From: Okamejei kenojei
Lineage: Eukaryota
Assembly: GCA_035221665.1 (NCBI GenBank)
Contig: CM069153.1
Location: 15,376,001 to 15,440,000 of the forward strand
Length of the DNA stretch: 64,000 bases
Reading direction: 5' to 3'
Part shown: positions 1-12,347 of the stretch, one piece after another
Layout of the letters: every line of letters starts with the position of its first letter
Position numbering within the stretch: position 1 is the first letter of the stretch
Notes under the pieces: model-generated
What the model saw: only the letters and a program-made list of their open reading frames with translations
Told to the model about the DNA's origin: nothing
Database searches by the model: none
Translations under genes and position numbers: made by a program

Positions 1-506
1 ATTGCATCCGCTGCTCTAGGTGTCAGCTGCTCTACATCGCATAGGCTTGGCGATCGCTTCACCCAACACCTCCGCTCGGTTCGCAATAACCAACCTGATC
101 TCCCGGTGGCTCAGCACTTCAACTCCCCTTCCTATTCTGAATCCGACCTTTCTGTCCTGGGCCTCCTCCATGGCCAGAGTGAGGCCCACTGTAAATTGGA
201 GGAGCAGCACCTCATATTTTGCTTGGGTAGTTTACACCCAATTGACATTGAACATTGACTTCTCCAATTTTAGGTAGTCCCTGCTTTCCCCTTCTTTCCC
301 CTCTCCTTCCCAGCTCTCCCACAGCCTACTGTCTCCGCCTCTTCCTTTCTTCTACCCGCCCCCCCCACACCCACATCAGTCTGACGAAGGGTCTCGACCC
401 GAAATGTTGCCTATTTCCTTCACTTCGTAGAGGCTGCCTCACCGCTGAGTTTATCCAGTATTTTTGTCTACCTTCTGCCTTTCCAACATCTGCAGTTCCT
501 TCTTAA
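1..506 (+). mobile_element. Penelope-like element 3' fragment (end of GIY-YIG endonuclease plus terminal repeat with hammerhead-like motif)
   Basis: 1-275 is homologous to the C-terminus of the PLE at 34750-35050 (CIRCSRCQ..YIG, VAQHFNS, HLIF.LG motifs). The tail contains ctgacgaagggtctcgacccgaaa at 381-404. Confidence 0.85.
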
Positions 507-649
507 AGCTTTTATTCTTCTGAACTCAAAGGGTTATAGGCTCAATATGAAGAACCTTTTCTTACAAGACAATACAATTCCCCCCCCCCCCCCCCCCACA
601 CACACTCTCTCTCCTTCGCCAGCGCTGGATGCAATCTGGCAATTTTTTG

Positions 650-870
650 TTGCATTCCCTCTGTTGCAAGTTTGCCTTTCCACGGAGAAAGAAGCCAGAG
701 CAGTACACAGTATTCCAAATGCTGTTCACCAAGATCCTGTGTGATTGCAGGGGCTACAACATGTAACGTCCCTGACACACAATCTACACCCATCTCCATC
801 ATAGTGCCGTGATATTTCTCAAATGGTTTAGTTTTAGTACATGATAGTTCCAACCTCAGTGTGAGACTGG
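650..870 (-). mobile_element. Old CR1-type LINE fragment
   Basis: Minus-strand translation HLEYCVLLW resembles the CR1 ORF2 motif HLEYCVQFW. Heavily degenerate. Confidence 0.45.
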
Positions 871-2249
871 AACTTTGATCTGCCTTCCATACATTAATTC
901 ACCATATTGTGGAAAGCTGAGCCGGTTATTGTTCCGACACATCAAACAATTTCACTGTGTCAAACCCAGCACCATCTGATGTCTCCTACGCATTCCACAA
1001 CAATGTTGCAAACAGATAATTATGCTTTGCATGCTCCTATCTCTTAAACATAAAATTATTACAGCAATTTGTCTTCCGGTGTGGGTGTAAACTAGATTTT
1101 ACTGACAATTAACAACCATGCTGGGGCGGATGTTTGTAATTTCGTGTCTCTTGCTCGATGTACAGAGCTATTTTCTCATCTGCGGGTGCATAAGCATGCA
1201 TAAGTGATATATAAGCCCAGAAATTCTCACGTAACACAATATTTTAATGTTAAATAAATGACTGTTATCAGAACTAATTGATGGGGATTTGCTTCAGCTA
1301 GGTCTTTGTAGTCTGCTACATGAGCAGAGAGGCTGAGAACATACCCAGAGCTGTTAATCATATTTATGAGCTATATAATGGATGCACTAAATTCTATTCT
1401 ATCGCTGCAGATTGAAGACAGAGCAAGAGAGGGAAATTAGAGAAGTGATAACCTGGCTTGATGATTATGATGTGGAGATTTGTTTAGCAATAGGAATATT
1501 GCAGAAATGTAGGGTCCAAAACACACCTTAGCTGAAGGCGAGCCCATGTCAGGAAGTGTAAGGTGTCTTCAATATTATAGACTGTAGCTCACCACCCTAC
1601 CACAGACACCGGCCTCTCAGCTGTCCACCTCCATGACCTCACCAAGCACACCTACATTTCTGCAGGGTTCCTGTTGCGAAACAGATCTCCCCAGACCCAT
1701 ATTATCATCAAGCCAGGTGATCACTTGTCCAATTTCCTTCACCCCCCCCCCCTCTGTCTCCAGTCTATAGCAATGGCAGGGTTTCACGGAGGAAAGTCTT
1801 CCTTGGCTTCGTGCTGGCAAGGCCGACTTCTGCATTCAATACCGTGGGCCTGGAGGAGAGAAAGACAGCAGAACCCTTGGAGCCTTGTCTCCAATTTGCA
1901 CGACCCCATCCAACCACGACTCCACCCCATCACACAGTGACTTCTCAGTGCCTGATCTATGTGCTTTGAAGAATCTCTAGTCATGATCATAATCATAATC
2001 ATACTTTATTAGCCAAGTATGTTTTGCACCATACTCTAGTACATCAGCTTAATAATTATTGTGGCAGTACAGTTATGAGCAATACATAATTCTTGTGGCA
2101 GTGTAGTTATGAACAATAAATGTATTTTATAGCCTTAGATTCCACATTGATCTTGCACTTATCCTCAATTAATATGTTTTTTATCGTATGTTGAGAAATC
2201 TCAACCAGTGTCAGCCTACATTCTGAGATAATAAATACTCAGGTAATAC

Positions 2250-2720
2250 ATTCAGATTAGATTATTTTATTGTCATGTACACCAATCCCTTGTTCTCATG
2301 AGGTTCGCAGAGCAAACAGTATCTAGGAATACAGTATTATAGAAATAATAAATACAACAATAAATACAATGACTAGTGGAGGACAGCAGCATGGTACAAA
2401 GATTGCAGTGCAGTCTGAAGTAGTGCAAAGAAAAAAACAGTGCAGTAACAGAATAACCAAATGTGATAGTTAAAAATAAGAGTGGATGGCAGAATCTTTG
2501 GGATGAAGGATTGAACCAGATTAGTTCAGCAAGGAAGAAGCTGTCCTCAAGTCTGGAAGCCGGAAGAGTGAAAAGAGAATTACTAGGATGGCAGGCATTC
2601 TTTAATGAAACTTCCAGCCCGCCTGATGCAATGCACCTTGAAGATGGACTGGATGGAAGGAAGTGATGAGCCTGTACACGTTGTTGAGTTGACATTGTGA
2701 ATGAAAATGGTAATAGCACA
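2250..2720 (-). mobile_element. Rex1/Babar-type LINE 3' end
   Basis: ORF 2273-2719 contains ACHPSNSLFTLPAS..RLEDSFF, like the Rex1 C-terminus (HP.H.LF.LLPS..RL..SFF), followed by ACAATAAA and a (TCTAA)n tail. Confidence 0.6.
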
Positions 2721-5700
2721 GAGAATTAGAGGTTTAGTATTTTAACTGCCATTTTATATCAAAGTCACGTGAGTGACTAAGTGAAGAGCCCACCAGTCCG
2801 CATGCGCGTCAATACGCGAGACGCAATGCGGCGAGTTGGAGCAGTTCGCAACTGCTCTGGCAGGTAGGTAATTTTACTTTCAGCGGGCCGCTGCGTAGCT
2901 GATGGAGGTGGCCGGTCTTGGGCAGCTGTGGAAGCTCCATTAGGAGCTAAGATTCAATTTGCAATTGGAGCTCCGAACGGGAGCAGGCGGCCGAATTTGG
3001 AGGCCGCCATGAAAGCTCCACAGGAGTTCGGTTTTGTTATTGATGCCGGCTTTGGAGCTCCGTATGGGAGCAGGCGGCCGGATTTTAGGCCACCGTGAAA
3101 CTCCATTAGGAGTTGGGGCTGCCGGTGCGGTTTGCGATCACTGCTAAAGATAACAGAAGCCAGTGTTAGCCGCGGCCAGGGCAGCAAAAGCTAGGTAGCT
3201 CAGCTGCCATAGAGCCTATAAATTTTAAGCATAGATGCTGCTGAGACAGCATATGCTGGAGACCAGCATATAGTGTGTGCTCTATTTGTAGGGGCATTTC
3301 AATATACTACACATAGTTCTTTAATTGAAGTCAAAATCTGAAGAACTGATTAAGGTAGTAATAAATAGAGCTGGCAGTTTTAATAGCGGTTGCTGTTCGG
3401 TCACGTTTGTGACTATCGCAGCAGATAGGACATTTTATCATCATGCACCATATGGTGTAGTAAAATTTGACTTGCCATTACAGCACAGAATGGGGCTCCA
3501 CTGGAGCGGGCGGCTGTTTGGAGGAACTCCATTGAGGCGCCAGAAAAGAGCTCCTGGCTTGGGAAACCTTTTTTCAGCTATTAGACACCTGTGGAGCACT
3601 ACCTAGTGCAGGGTTGCGTCATGATAATTTCCGCTCAGTAGAGGGGACTGTTGGAGATCTTTCATAAGAGACCCCAACCATGTGGATATCGACAAAGCAG
3701 TCGAATCTTTGATCCAATGGGGCTATGCTTCTGTTTAAATCATATGAACTGTGTTCCACATACCGGATGCATTAGAGACGGCTCCAGTAATTTGCCTGTA
3801 ACAACACCTGGCAGGGTTGCAGTATTTCTCTGTCTCGTGGACTATCGGGAAGAAGTGACTCCGATTATGCCGGGTCATCTGAGTCATACTGGGGCCAGAG
3901 GCCTAAGGAAATAACACCTGGTACAGGGTTGTGCACTATTTCCTCCCTGAAAACTCCGTCGAGGCTCCAGAAGGGAGCAAGGATTCGGAGTCATTAGCAG
4001 GTGCAACCTGTCTGGTAAATACAATAAACAATGATGATACCGACAGAGCACCGATCTGCACAGCTGGTCCCGATTTGGCTCCTAGAGGGAACAGCTTGAC
4101 AACCCCGAGTCGGGGCAAAGTCAAAGCCAAGTCTGTGGGACAAGTCCTGTCAGACGATTTGGGTCAAGGGGATTCTATGGCAGATGTGATTGGCCGTTTG
4201 TCTCAATTGGAACATCTGATGGCACGGGAAATGCTCCGTGTTATGGAGGCATGTACAGGCAGTTCGAATCATATGCCTAAGGCAGCTCCTGGTTCAGGGT
4301 TGCAATATTCCTCCCACTCAGATGAAAGGAGTGCTGGAGATGGTGCCAAATAAATATGTTCCGTGTTACAGAGGCATGCACAGGAAGATCAAATCATATG
4401 CCTGTAGCAACTCAGGGTTGGAACATTCCTCCCACTCAAAAGACTATCGGAGATGGTGTCACAAAATATGTTCCATATTACGGAAGCATGCACAGGCAGT
4501 TCGAGTCATACGCATGTGGCAATGCCTAGTTCTGGTGCACTATTTCTCCCACTCTAAGGGAGTGTCAGAGATCAGTATGGAGCTGACTCCGAACATGACT
4601 ATGTGCCTGAATCCCATTCTTTAATGCATGATGCATGAGAGTCACAAAAGGCCACTACTAGAGGAGTTGGCCAGCAGCATCAGCTATCTAACATCACACC
4701 AGCTGAAGAAATGACAAGCATGACATACAGGGTCTGCAAATGGAACTTAGCTGAAGCTCCAACAAGCAAATCGACCAGGGTTCAGAGATGCTGGCAGGTA
4801 AGGTCTCTTTATTAACATCCGTAAAACTCCGAAATGGAGCAGTCTTTCGGCCCAGCTTTGGGTTTACTGGCAGCATGGGCTGTCTAGTATTTTGTCACTG
4901 TCTCTGGGATAGATAAGGTTGATGCAGAGACATAGGCAGGGTGCCTTGCATAATAACCTCTGTAAGTTCCAAGTAGGAACAGCTTGGTTACCCTGGTTTC
5001 AGGGTAGACCATCATGGAACTAGCTGGCCATATGGTTCATATTGACCAGGGAAGCACTGCCTCATTATCTGTGATTGAGGTTATCAGACTGCTCAGTAGA
5101 ATGAAGTAGTTGAAGTCTTCCTCAATAGATGGTTTATTTTCTCCTCAGTTAGTAGAGATGCTGGTTCATTGGAATCATCATTGCCATCCTCTCTGGGATA
5201 GGTAGCTACCAGCAGGAAGCTGGTCTTGCATATGATATTTTCTATCTGACCTGCAGGTTCATGTTATGTATCAACAATGTATTTATAATAATCCGTAGGC
5301 TCTCAATACCAGTATTCCTGATTGATTGGCAGGTCGAATAGATTGTGTTGTGCACTCTGGCAACTCAGACAAGTGGTTTTTCAGTCAGAGGACTGCGAGG
5401 CAATTCCTGATTCAGGCTTGCATTATGCTAAAATTCAACTCTGAGGAAGAACGCTGAGAATTTATGGTGACTCTTATAGTCAAGAGTTGACAGGGAACTC
5501 CTATTCCCACATCAAAGGGAGGCTGTGTTTTAAGCTCTAGTCATAAGGTTCTGATTCTACTTTGGAGTCACGTGAGTGATTCCGTGAAGACCGGATAGCC
5601 GGTAAATGTCGGGCTCGTGATTCCAGCCACTGACTAGGCATCAGTGGCTTCCAGCCTGCAGTGATGCCCATGGAGGGGCAAATCAAGCAGGGAAGTGACA

Positions 5701-6751
5701 TTACCACCAGTGTCGCTGACAGTGGGGTCAGCAGCTCACAGACATATCGTCGTTTATAGTGGTCCCCAGGCATGTGGTAAAATCGTCAGGGGAGTCGGTC
5801 CGGGAGGATTCCCCTCCACGGCTGGATACCATTTTTTCAACGGTTATCCCAAATAGAGCACCTGTTGCACAGGGTGCTCCAGCAGGGCACACTCCAGGAG
5901 GAGGAGTGGTGTTAACGATAGGCTGGGGAAGAGGCCACGCCAGCAGCACCTAGTAGAGGGCTGCTCGATAGCACCCTCATTAATGAGGCGCGTGCAATGG
6001 GTCAGATGAGTTCTGACCCCGACTCTGACGGTGAGGTCAATCCAAGCGAAGAACGGCAGCTGCCAGATGTCCCATCTCCGGCAGTACAACTTGCTGCCCC
6101 GTCAGAGTCAGGAGAGCCACTGGGGAAGAGTTGGCCTCCACGATGAATTGTCGGCACCAGGCTGGAGAAGAGGCTGCGCCAGCAGAACCTAGTAGAGGGC
6201 TGCTCGGTAGCACCATCATTGATGAGGCGCGTGCAATGGGTCAGCTGAGTTCTGACCCCGACTGTGACGGTGAAGTCAATTCAAGCGAAGAACGGCAGCT
6301 GCCAGATGTCCCATCTCTGGCAGCATGATTCGCTGTCCTGTCAGAGTCAGGAAAGCCACTGGGAGAAGAGCTGGCCTCCACGATAAATTATACTGAATTT
6401 GTGTGACAGCGCCAGCCTATAGAAAAGGCCACGCCAGCAGCGCCTGTGACAGGGCTGATTCATGTCTCCCTCTTGTAGGAGGAGAGCATGCCGGGTCAAT
6501 GTAATTGTGATGCCGAGGCTGAGGGTATAGCTGTGGAGCATACCCCAAGGGAAGAAGGGCACGTGTCAGAGGTACCATTCCTGACAACAAAGTTTGCCAT
6601 CCCAACAGAGTTCCTTCCTGGTATAGGTCCATTGTGGGCTGTATCAGCGCAGGTATCCTCAGGGACCTGCGGCAGCACCTGTTTAGGGCTGCCTACGAAT
6701 CACCCTCTCTGAGGAGGTGAGTGCGAAAGGTCAGATATAAGTGACTCCAGC

Positions 6752-9570
6752 TTCTTTTTTGATGAATATTTTTATTAATTGTAAATACATATTAATAGAA
6801 AATGCTTCTTACATACATTCGTAATATTATTAAGAAATCAAAAATAAAGAAGTGAATGGAGTATTAAAAAGTTATCCATCGTTGGAGATATATCCATGAT
6901 TTGTTATACGTATTTCTTCATCTATTCCATTATTCAGGTTTCAGTCAGGCTCTCACACCGAGCCATTTTGACCCTTTAGATATTCAATGTATGGAGACAT
7001 ATTCCTCTGAAAAGATCCAACCTGTCCATTAGGACAAGCCTCAATCTTTCCAGATGGAGTGTCTCCGACATTCCTGTAATCCACATTTTGATTGTGGGGG
7101 ATGTAGGACCTTTCCAGAATTTTAATATTGGTTTTTCCCAATTATTAAACTATAATCAATAAAAAATCTTTGATTCGTTGTTATTAATTGATCAGTTTCC
7201 AGTATTCCCAGTATTATTAACTTTGAGTCAGGAGTCAGATTCATATTAACAACATTCGGAATTATCCTAAATATTTCTATCCAAAATTTTGTAATTTTTA
7301 CGCAATTTGTAAATGAGTGTGTCAAGTTAGCTTCTAAGTGCTGACATTTATCACATATGGCAGATACATTTGAAAAAATGTTATGTAGTTTGGATTTTGA
7401 GTAATGTAGTCTATGTAATATTTTAAATTGTATAAGAGAGTGTCTAGCATTTAACGAACAGTGGTGTATTTGTTGTAAACTTTCATCCCATACTTCTGGT
7501 CTAATAATTTGACCTAATTCGTTTTCCCATGTTTGTCTATATATTTCTGTCAATGGGACATCATTTTCCAATAGAATATTATAAATATATGATATCAATT
7601 TTTCTGTGTTTGGATGTTTATTTAGACATTCATCTGTCTTTCTATTTCTAATTTCCTGTGTGTTTGCTTTTACATAGTCTCTAATTTGTAGGTATCTAAA
7701 ATAATCTTTTGAATGTAATCCATAAATTTTTTTGTAATTCTTGAAATGAAAGGAAAGCATTTTCCCTGTAGAGATCTCCCGTCTTATTAATTCCCTTATT
7801 TCTCCATTGTAAATTTATCCATCATTGAGGGTTTAAATGTAACATTATTTACAATGGTAAGGGCTAGTGGTATACATTCCAATTTTAATGTTTTCTTTAT
7901 TTGTTTCCAGATACGTATTCCACTTTCTATTATCGGGTTTTCGCTATAGGTTTTCTTACCTAGATTAATATTGGCAAATATTATCGAACTAATTTCAAAA
8001 GGCGAACAATCTTCTTTTTCCATTTTTAACCAAATTGGTTGTTTATCTGTCTCTACTAACCAAAAATTCATATTTTTAATATTAACTGCCCAGTAATAAA
8101 ACATAAAGTTTGATAGTGCTAGACCTCCATTTATTTTTGATTTACATAAATGATTTTTATTTATTCTATGGCTCTTATAATCCCAGATAAAGTTGGTAAC
8201 TAAAGAGTCCACCTTCCTAAAGAATTTTTTAGGAAGATATATCGGAATCAATTGGAAAAGATATAGTAATTGTGGAAGAAAAATCATTTTTATTACATTA
8301 ATTTTACCTAGCATTGAGATGGGTAGAGTTTTCAAATAGAAAATGTTCTTATTTAATTTATTCAATAAGAGTGGGAAGTTGGATTTAAATAAAGAATCAA
8401 ATCTTTTTGTTACATAAATTCCAAGATATTTAATTTTTTTGTTTGTTATCTTAAAAGGAAATTGTTGTAATATATGTAAGTTATTTACCATTATTGGCAT
8501 GAGTTCACTTTTATTCCAATTAATACTATATCCTGAAAAAGATCCAAATTCAGTTATTAATTTTAAAATAAATTTTGGATACTAATTTCCGGTTTTGTAA
8601 TATAAAGTAATACATCATCCGCATATAAGGAGATTTTATTTTCAGTGTCTCTGGTATCATACCCATATATTTCAGGGTGTGATCTCACACGTTGAGCTAA
8701 TGGTTCTATTGCAAGTGCAAATAGTAGTGGGGATAAAGGGTAACCTTGTCTACAGCCTCGAGATAGACTGAATTTAGTTGGTAGCATTTGATTTGTTATT
8801 ATTCTGGCTGTTGGGTTAGTGTATAATAATTTGACCCAAGTAATAAACTTCTCTCCCAATTTAAAAGTTTCCATAACCGAAAACAAGTAAGACCATTCCA
8901 CCTGGTCAAAGGCTTTCTCTGCATCTAACAAAATAACTACTAGATCTTTATTAATACCTCTTTTCGAGTATATAATATTGAATAAACGTCTCAGGTTATA
9001 TGAGGAATATCGTTTTGGTATAAATCCTGTTTGATCAAGGTGGATCAATTCATTAATAACTGTACTTAGCCTTTGTGCTAATATTTTAGTTAATATCTTT
9101 TGATCAGTATTTAAAAGAGCTAAATGATCCTGGGTCATCCAGATCTTTGTCTATTTTAGGTATAAGTGTTATAATAGATTCATTTAACATTTCTGGTAGT
9201 TTCTGCTGGGTATAAATATATTCATAGAGTGTCTTCAAGCGTGGTGCAATCAGATCATACAATGTTTTATAAAATTCCGAGCCAATACCATCTGGTCCCG
9301 GTGTTTTACCATTTTTAATGATCTGATAGATTCTTCGATTTCTTTTACTGAAATTTCAGCATTTAATGATTCTCTATTTTGTGAATCCAACCCATTCAGA
9401 TTACGTTTTTAAAAAAATGCTTCTATTCCTATCCTGTTTTCTGTCGTTTTAGCAGAGTATGAATTTTTATAATATTGCAAAAATCGCTCATTAATATCTT
9501 TAGGTTGTACTAGGGGTTCGCAATTATGTGATTTAATCCTATGGATTATTTTTTCTCCCTCCATCTTCCT
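6752..9570 (-). mobile_element. L1-clade LINE, 5'-truncated, frameshifted ORF2, inserted in DIRS B
   Basis: Consecutive minus-strand ORFs show DQTGFI, LDAEKAFDQVEW, GCRQGYPLSPLLF, LYADD, LPISMLGKINVIKM and the CCHC knuckle CDKC..ANLTHSFTNC. T-run at 6752-6760 corresponds to the poly(A) end. Confidence 0.93.
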
Positions 9571-11449
9571 AAAGATGTCGGTGGAACATACTGGTGCACA
9601 TGCATGCCGGCAGTGAACAGCACTAACAGGGGGATATGAGAGACAGCCGCCGAATCTTCTATTCAGGTAAGGCCTATCCAACAGGAAAAACCTGGCTGAC
9701 GGATCAATCAAGGCCAACGGCGGGCAACGGTTCATTGTTTCAGAACGCACCCCAGGCGCTCATCGGTAGTAAGCGGTTCACTGAAGCCGGTGGCAGCATG
9801 ACAGCTGGGCAGACGTTCCATGCACCCTACCAGTCCTATTCAACAAGGTGGGTCTGGCACTTCCGAAACATGGGTAAATGAACCACTCACAAGTTTGTAA
9901 TATTTACACTTGTTTGTACAACACACAAACGATAAAAGCATCTGCATAGAGGCAATTAACCATGTTAAAATGCACAATACTAGCATTCCAAGCAAGTTTG
10001 TGATTATGGCCAGGATTGTCTTTTAAGACAGGCTCGGAAATCGGGCCAGAGTTATTGTGCAAAGCACCAATGGGATGATGGCAGGAGTGGCCTGTTCATT
10101 ATGAAAAATGGTTAACTCGCATATGAACTTTCCGAATAGGAAACTTCTTTACTGACTAACAATGGATTCATAAGGATCCATTCTATGCAGTTCCCATTAC
10201 AAAGGTTATCAAAGGGCAATGATAACTGTACTAATAACAGTGGAACATTGCAAATGGGATGAACTATTTGCCCAGGTTATTTGGCTAATTGATGGAGTCG
10301 GTGTTTGGACTCAGAATTTGAGGGCACTTGTTGTGTCTTGTCTGGATGATATTCTAACTCTGTATTTTGTTGGGGTCATCTGTTTCAGCCTCAAACTGTG
10401 TTTGGGAGGTTGGGTTCATCCACCCAATTAACTTAAGTTGTTTCCAAATAGACTTGGTGGTCATTGGGATTTACCTTGAACTATTAATTAGCCTATGACT
10501 CCGCAAGAGATTGGAGTTAATAGCAACCTGTTATAAAACTGACTTCTATTCATCAATAGTAATTGGCAATATAGTAACTGTGTTTCAGCTGTGCAAGTCC
10601 AGGAACTGACATGGTGCAAAGTAGCAACCTCTCAAAGGTCATGTAGATCATTGTTAACAACCTTATGCTATTGTCAGCTGAAGCTACCCAAGTCACAATG
10701 ATGAACAAACAGTATTCAGCATTGCTCCAATAGTTTGGTCAGTCGTTTTTCAGTCATTTACAAACTGCTGCTAAGAGCTCTAAGGTGGGAAATTGCGAAT
10801 ATCATCTCTAGTTGGAGGTGGAGAAAATTTGCATGAGTTACCAATTCTTCATTTGTTGTTATCAACTAAATATATACACTAGATGCACCCCATGGGTAAA
10901 GGGCTATTGAGCGAATATACATAATCTACATTCTCAACCAAGTTGCTACACTATGGTGGTGGCATATTTTAGTCACATGCCAATCAAGTAAAAGTATCCT
11001 GTAATGATTTACCTAATCCCTTTTGCCACTGGTGTATCATCCAGTTCAGATCGATGACAACACAGAATAGCTATTGGATCTCAAAGTATTATGAAAGTAT
11101 GGTTCAATGGTACATCGAATATCGACATGTTGGTTTCACGTTTATTCACTGATTGCAAAAATATGTGGCAGAACAGTGCAGAGAGATATATTCTCGCTAC
11201 AAGAAGAAGGAATGTTCTTTTATGTCTTCCTCCATTTTGCCTCATTAGTCGGGTCTTGAAATAAGTCAGCAAGATCTCGCTTTAGGTTTTTGTGCTGTCT
11301 GACTGGCTATGCAGCCATGTTTCCTGCTTTCGTCAGGCATATTAATACAACTGTATACGGTTATTCTAAAGAACGAAAACTTTGCTGGTTCAAACTGTGG
11401 TTCAGGAAACCGCCCTCTGCATAATAAAACAATTATTGACTTACACATT

Positions 11450-12347
11450 CTGAATGGACTGTCTTATGGCTCAGGTTGTCACATCAATCCATGGATGTGC
11501 TCACTGCAGAGTGCATGGATAGCACCAAAAAAGCAGTACATTTCCTATTGAGGGGATCAGAAGCGGTTTGTTTAATGTTAATCTTATATTTAATATGGTA
11601 CAGATTACTGACGTCTTCCAATTCATTCTTAAATGGTCTTTGACAATAATTCAGTTATAGAGCCACTGAAGCTGCAGCAAACGGGTACCGCTCTGTCGGG
11701 TTTCAACCCTGGATATCAAGTTGTAAAAGAGATCTTTGAAACAAGTTCTCCCACTACAAGTATATGCAGTTTTGGATATTGACAGTGTGTTAACAATACT
11801 TCACCAGGGCATTCCAGCTACATCCTTAGTCATGACACTAGAATCAGCACAATGAGGGCAAACACTGCTGCTAGATAGGATGAAAATGGCTGCAGATGCC
11901 ATTATGTTTTACATTTCTGATCTACACAAGCAGAGCAGAGCAGGGATGGCAAGATTTCAAATCATATTTCGGCATACCCCACGGACTCACGTCTATGTGC
12001 GAGGGCAGGCTTGCAATATTATATCAAGGCCACCAGAATCCTAAGAGGTGTGGAATCAGCATTGTTTATTAAGCGACAAAGAACCACACAAGAAAAGGTC
12101 GGTTCAGACTATTTCAAGGTGGCTGCAGCAGGTTCTGGTTTATGCAGGAATTAACACTGACAATTTTACATCTCATTCCACCAGGGCGGCATCAACATCA
12201 GCGGCCAGGGCAATGGACGTTCCCATCAACCATATCCTCGCGAATGCTGGATGGTCAACTGAATTGATTTTAAAAGTTTTACATTGGCCGGTTACTGACC
12301 TGGGCTATTTGGCCATTCTGTTTTGCGTCCACTTTAGCCTCCCCTGA
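11450..12347 (+). pseudogene. DIRS tyrosine recombinase remnant (element B)
   Basis: SVQTISRWLQQVL..AGINT..FTSHSTRAASTSAA..DVPI.HIL..AGWS is the HxxR/W box of DIRS recombinases. The upstream part is disrupted. Confidence 0.85.

Noticed and set aside
7122-9750. Operon-like series of minus-strand ORFs
   Set aside because: They are consecutive pieces of one L1 ORF2 broken by frameshifts and stops. The N-terminus of ORF 9409-9750 is antisense DIRS sequence.
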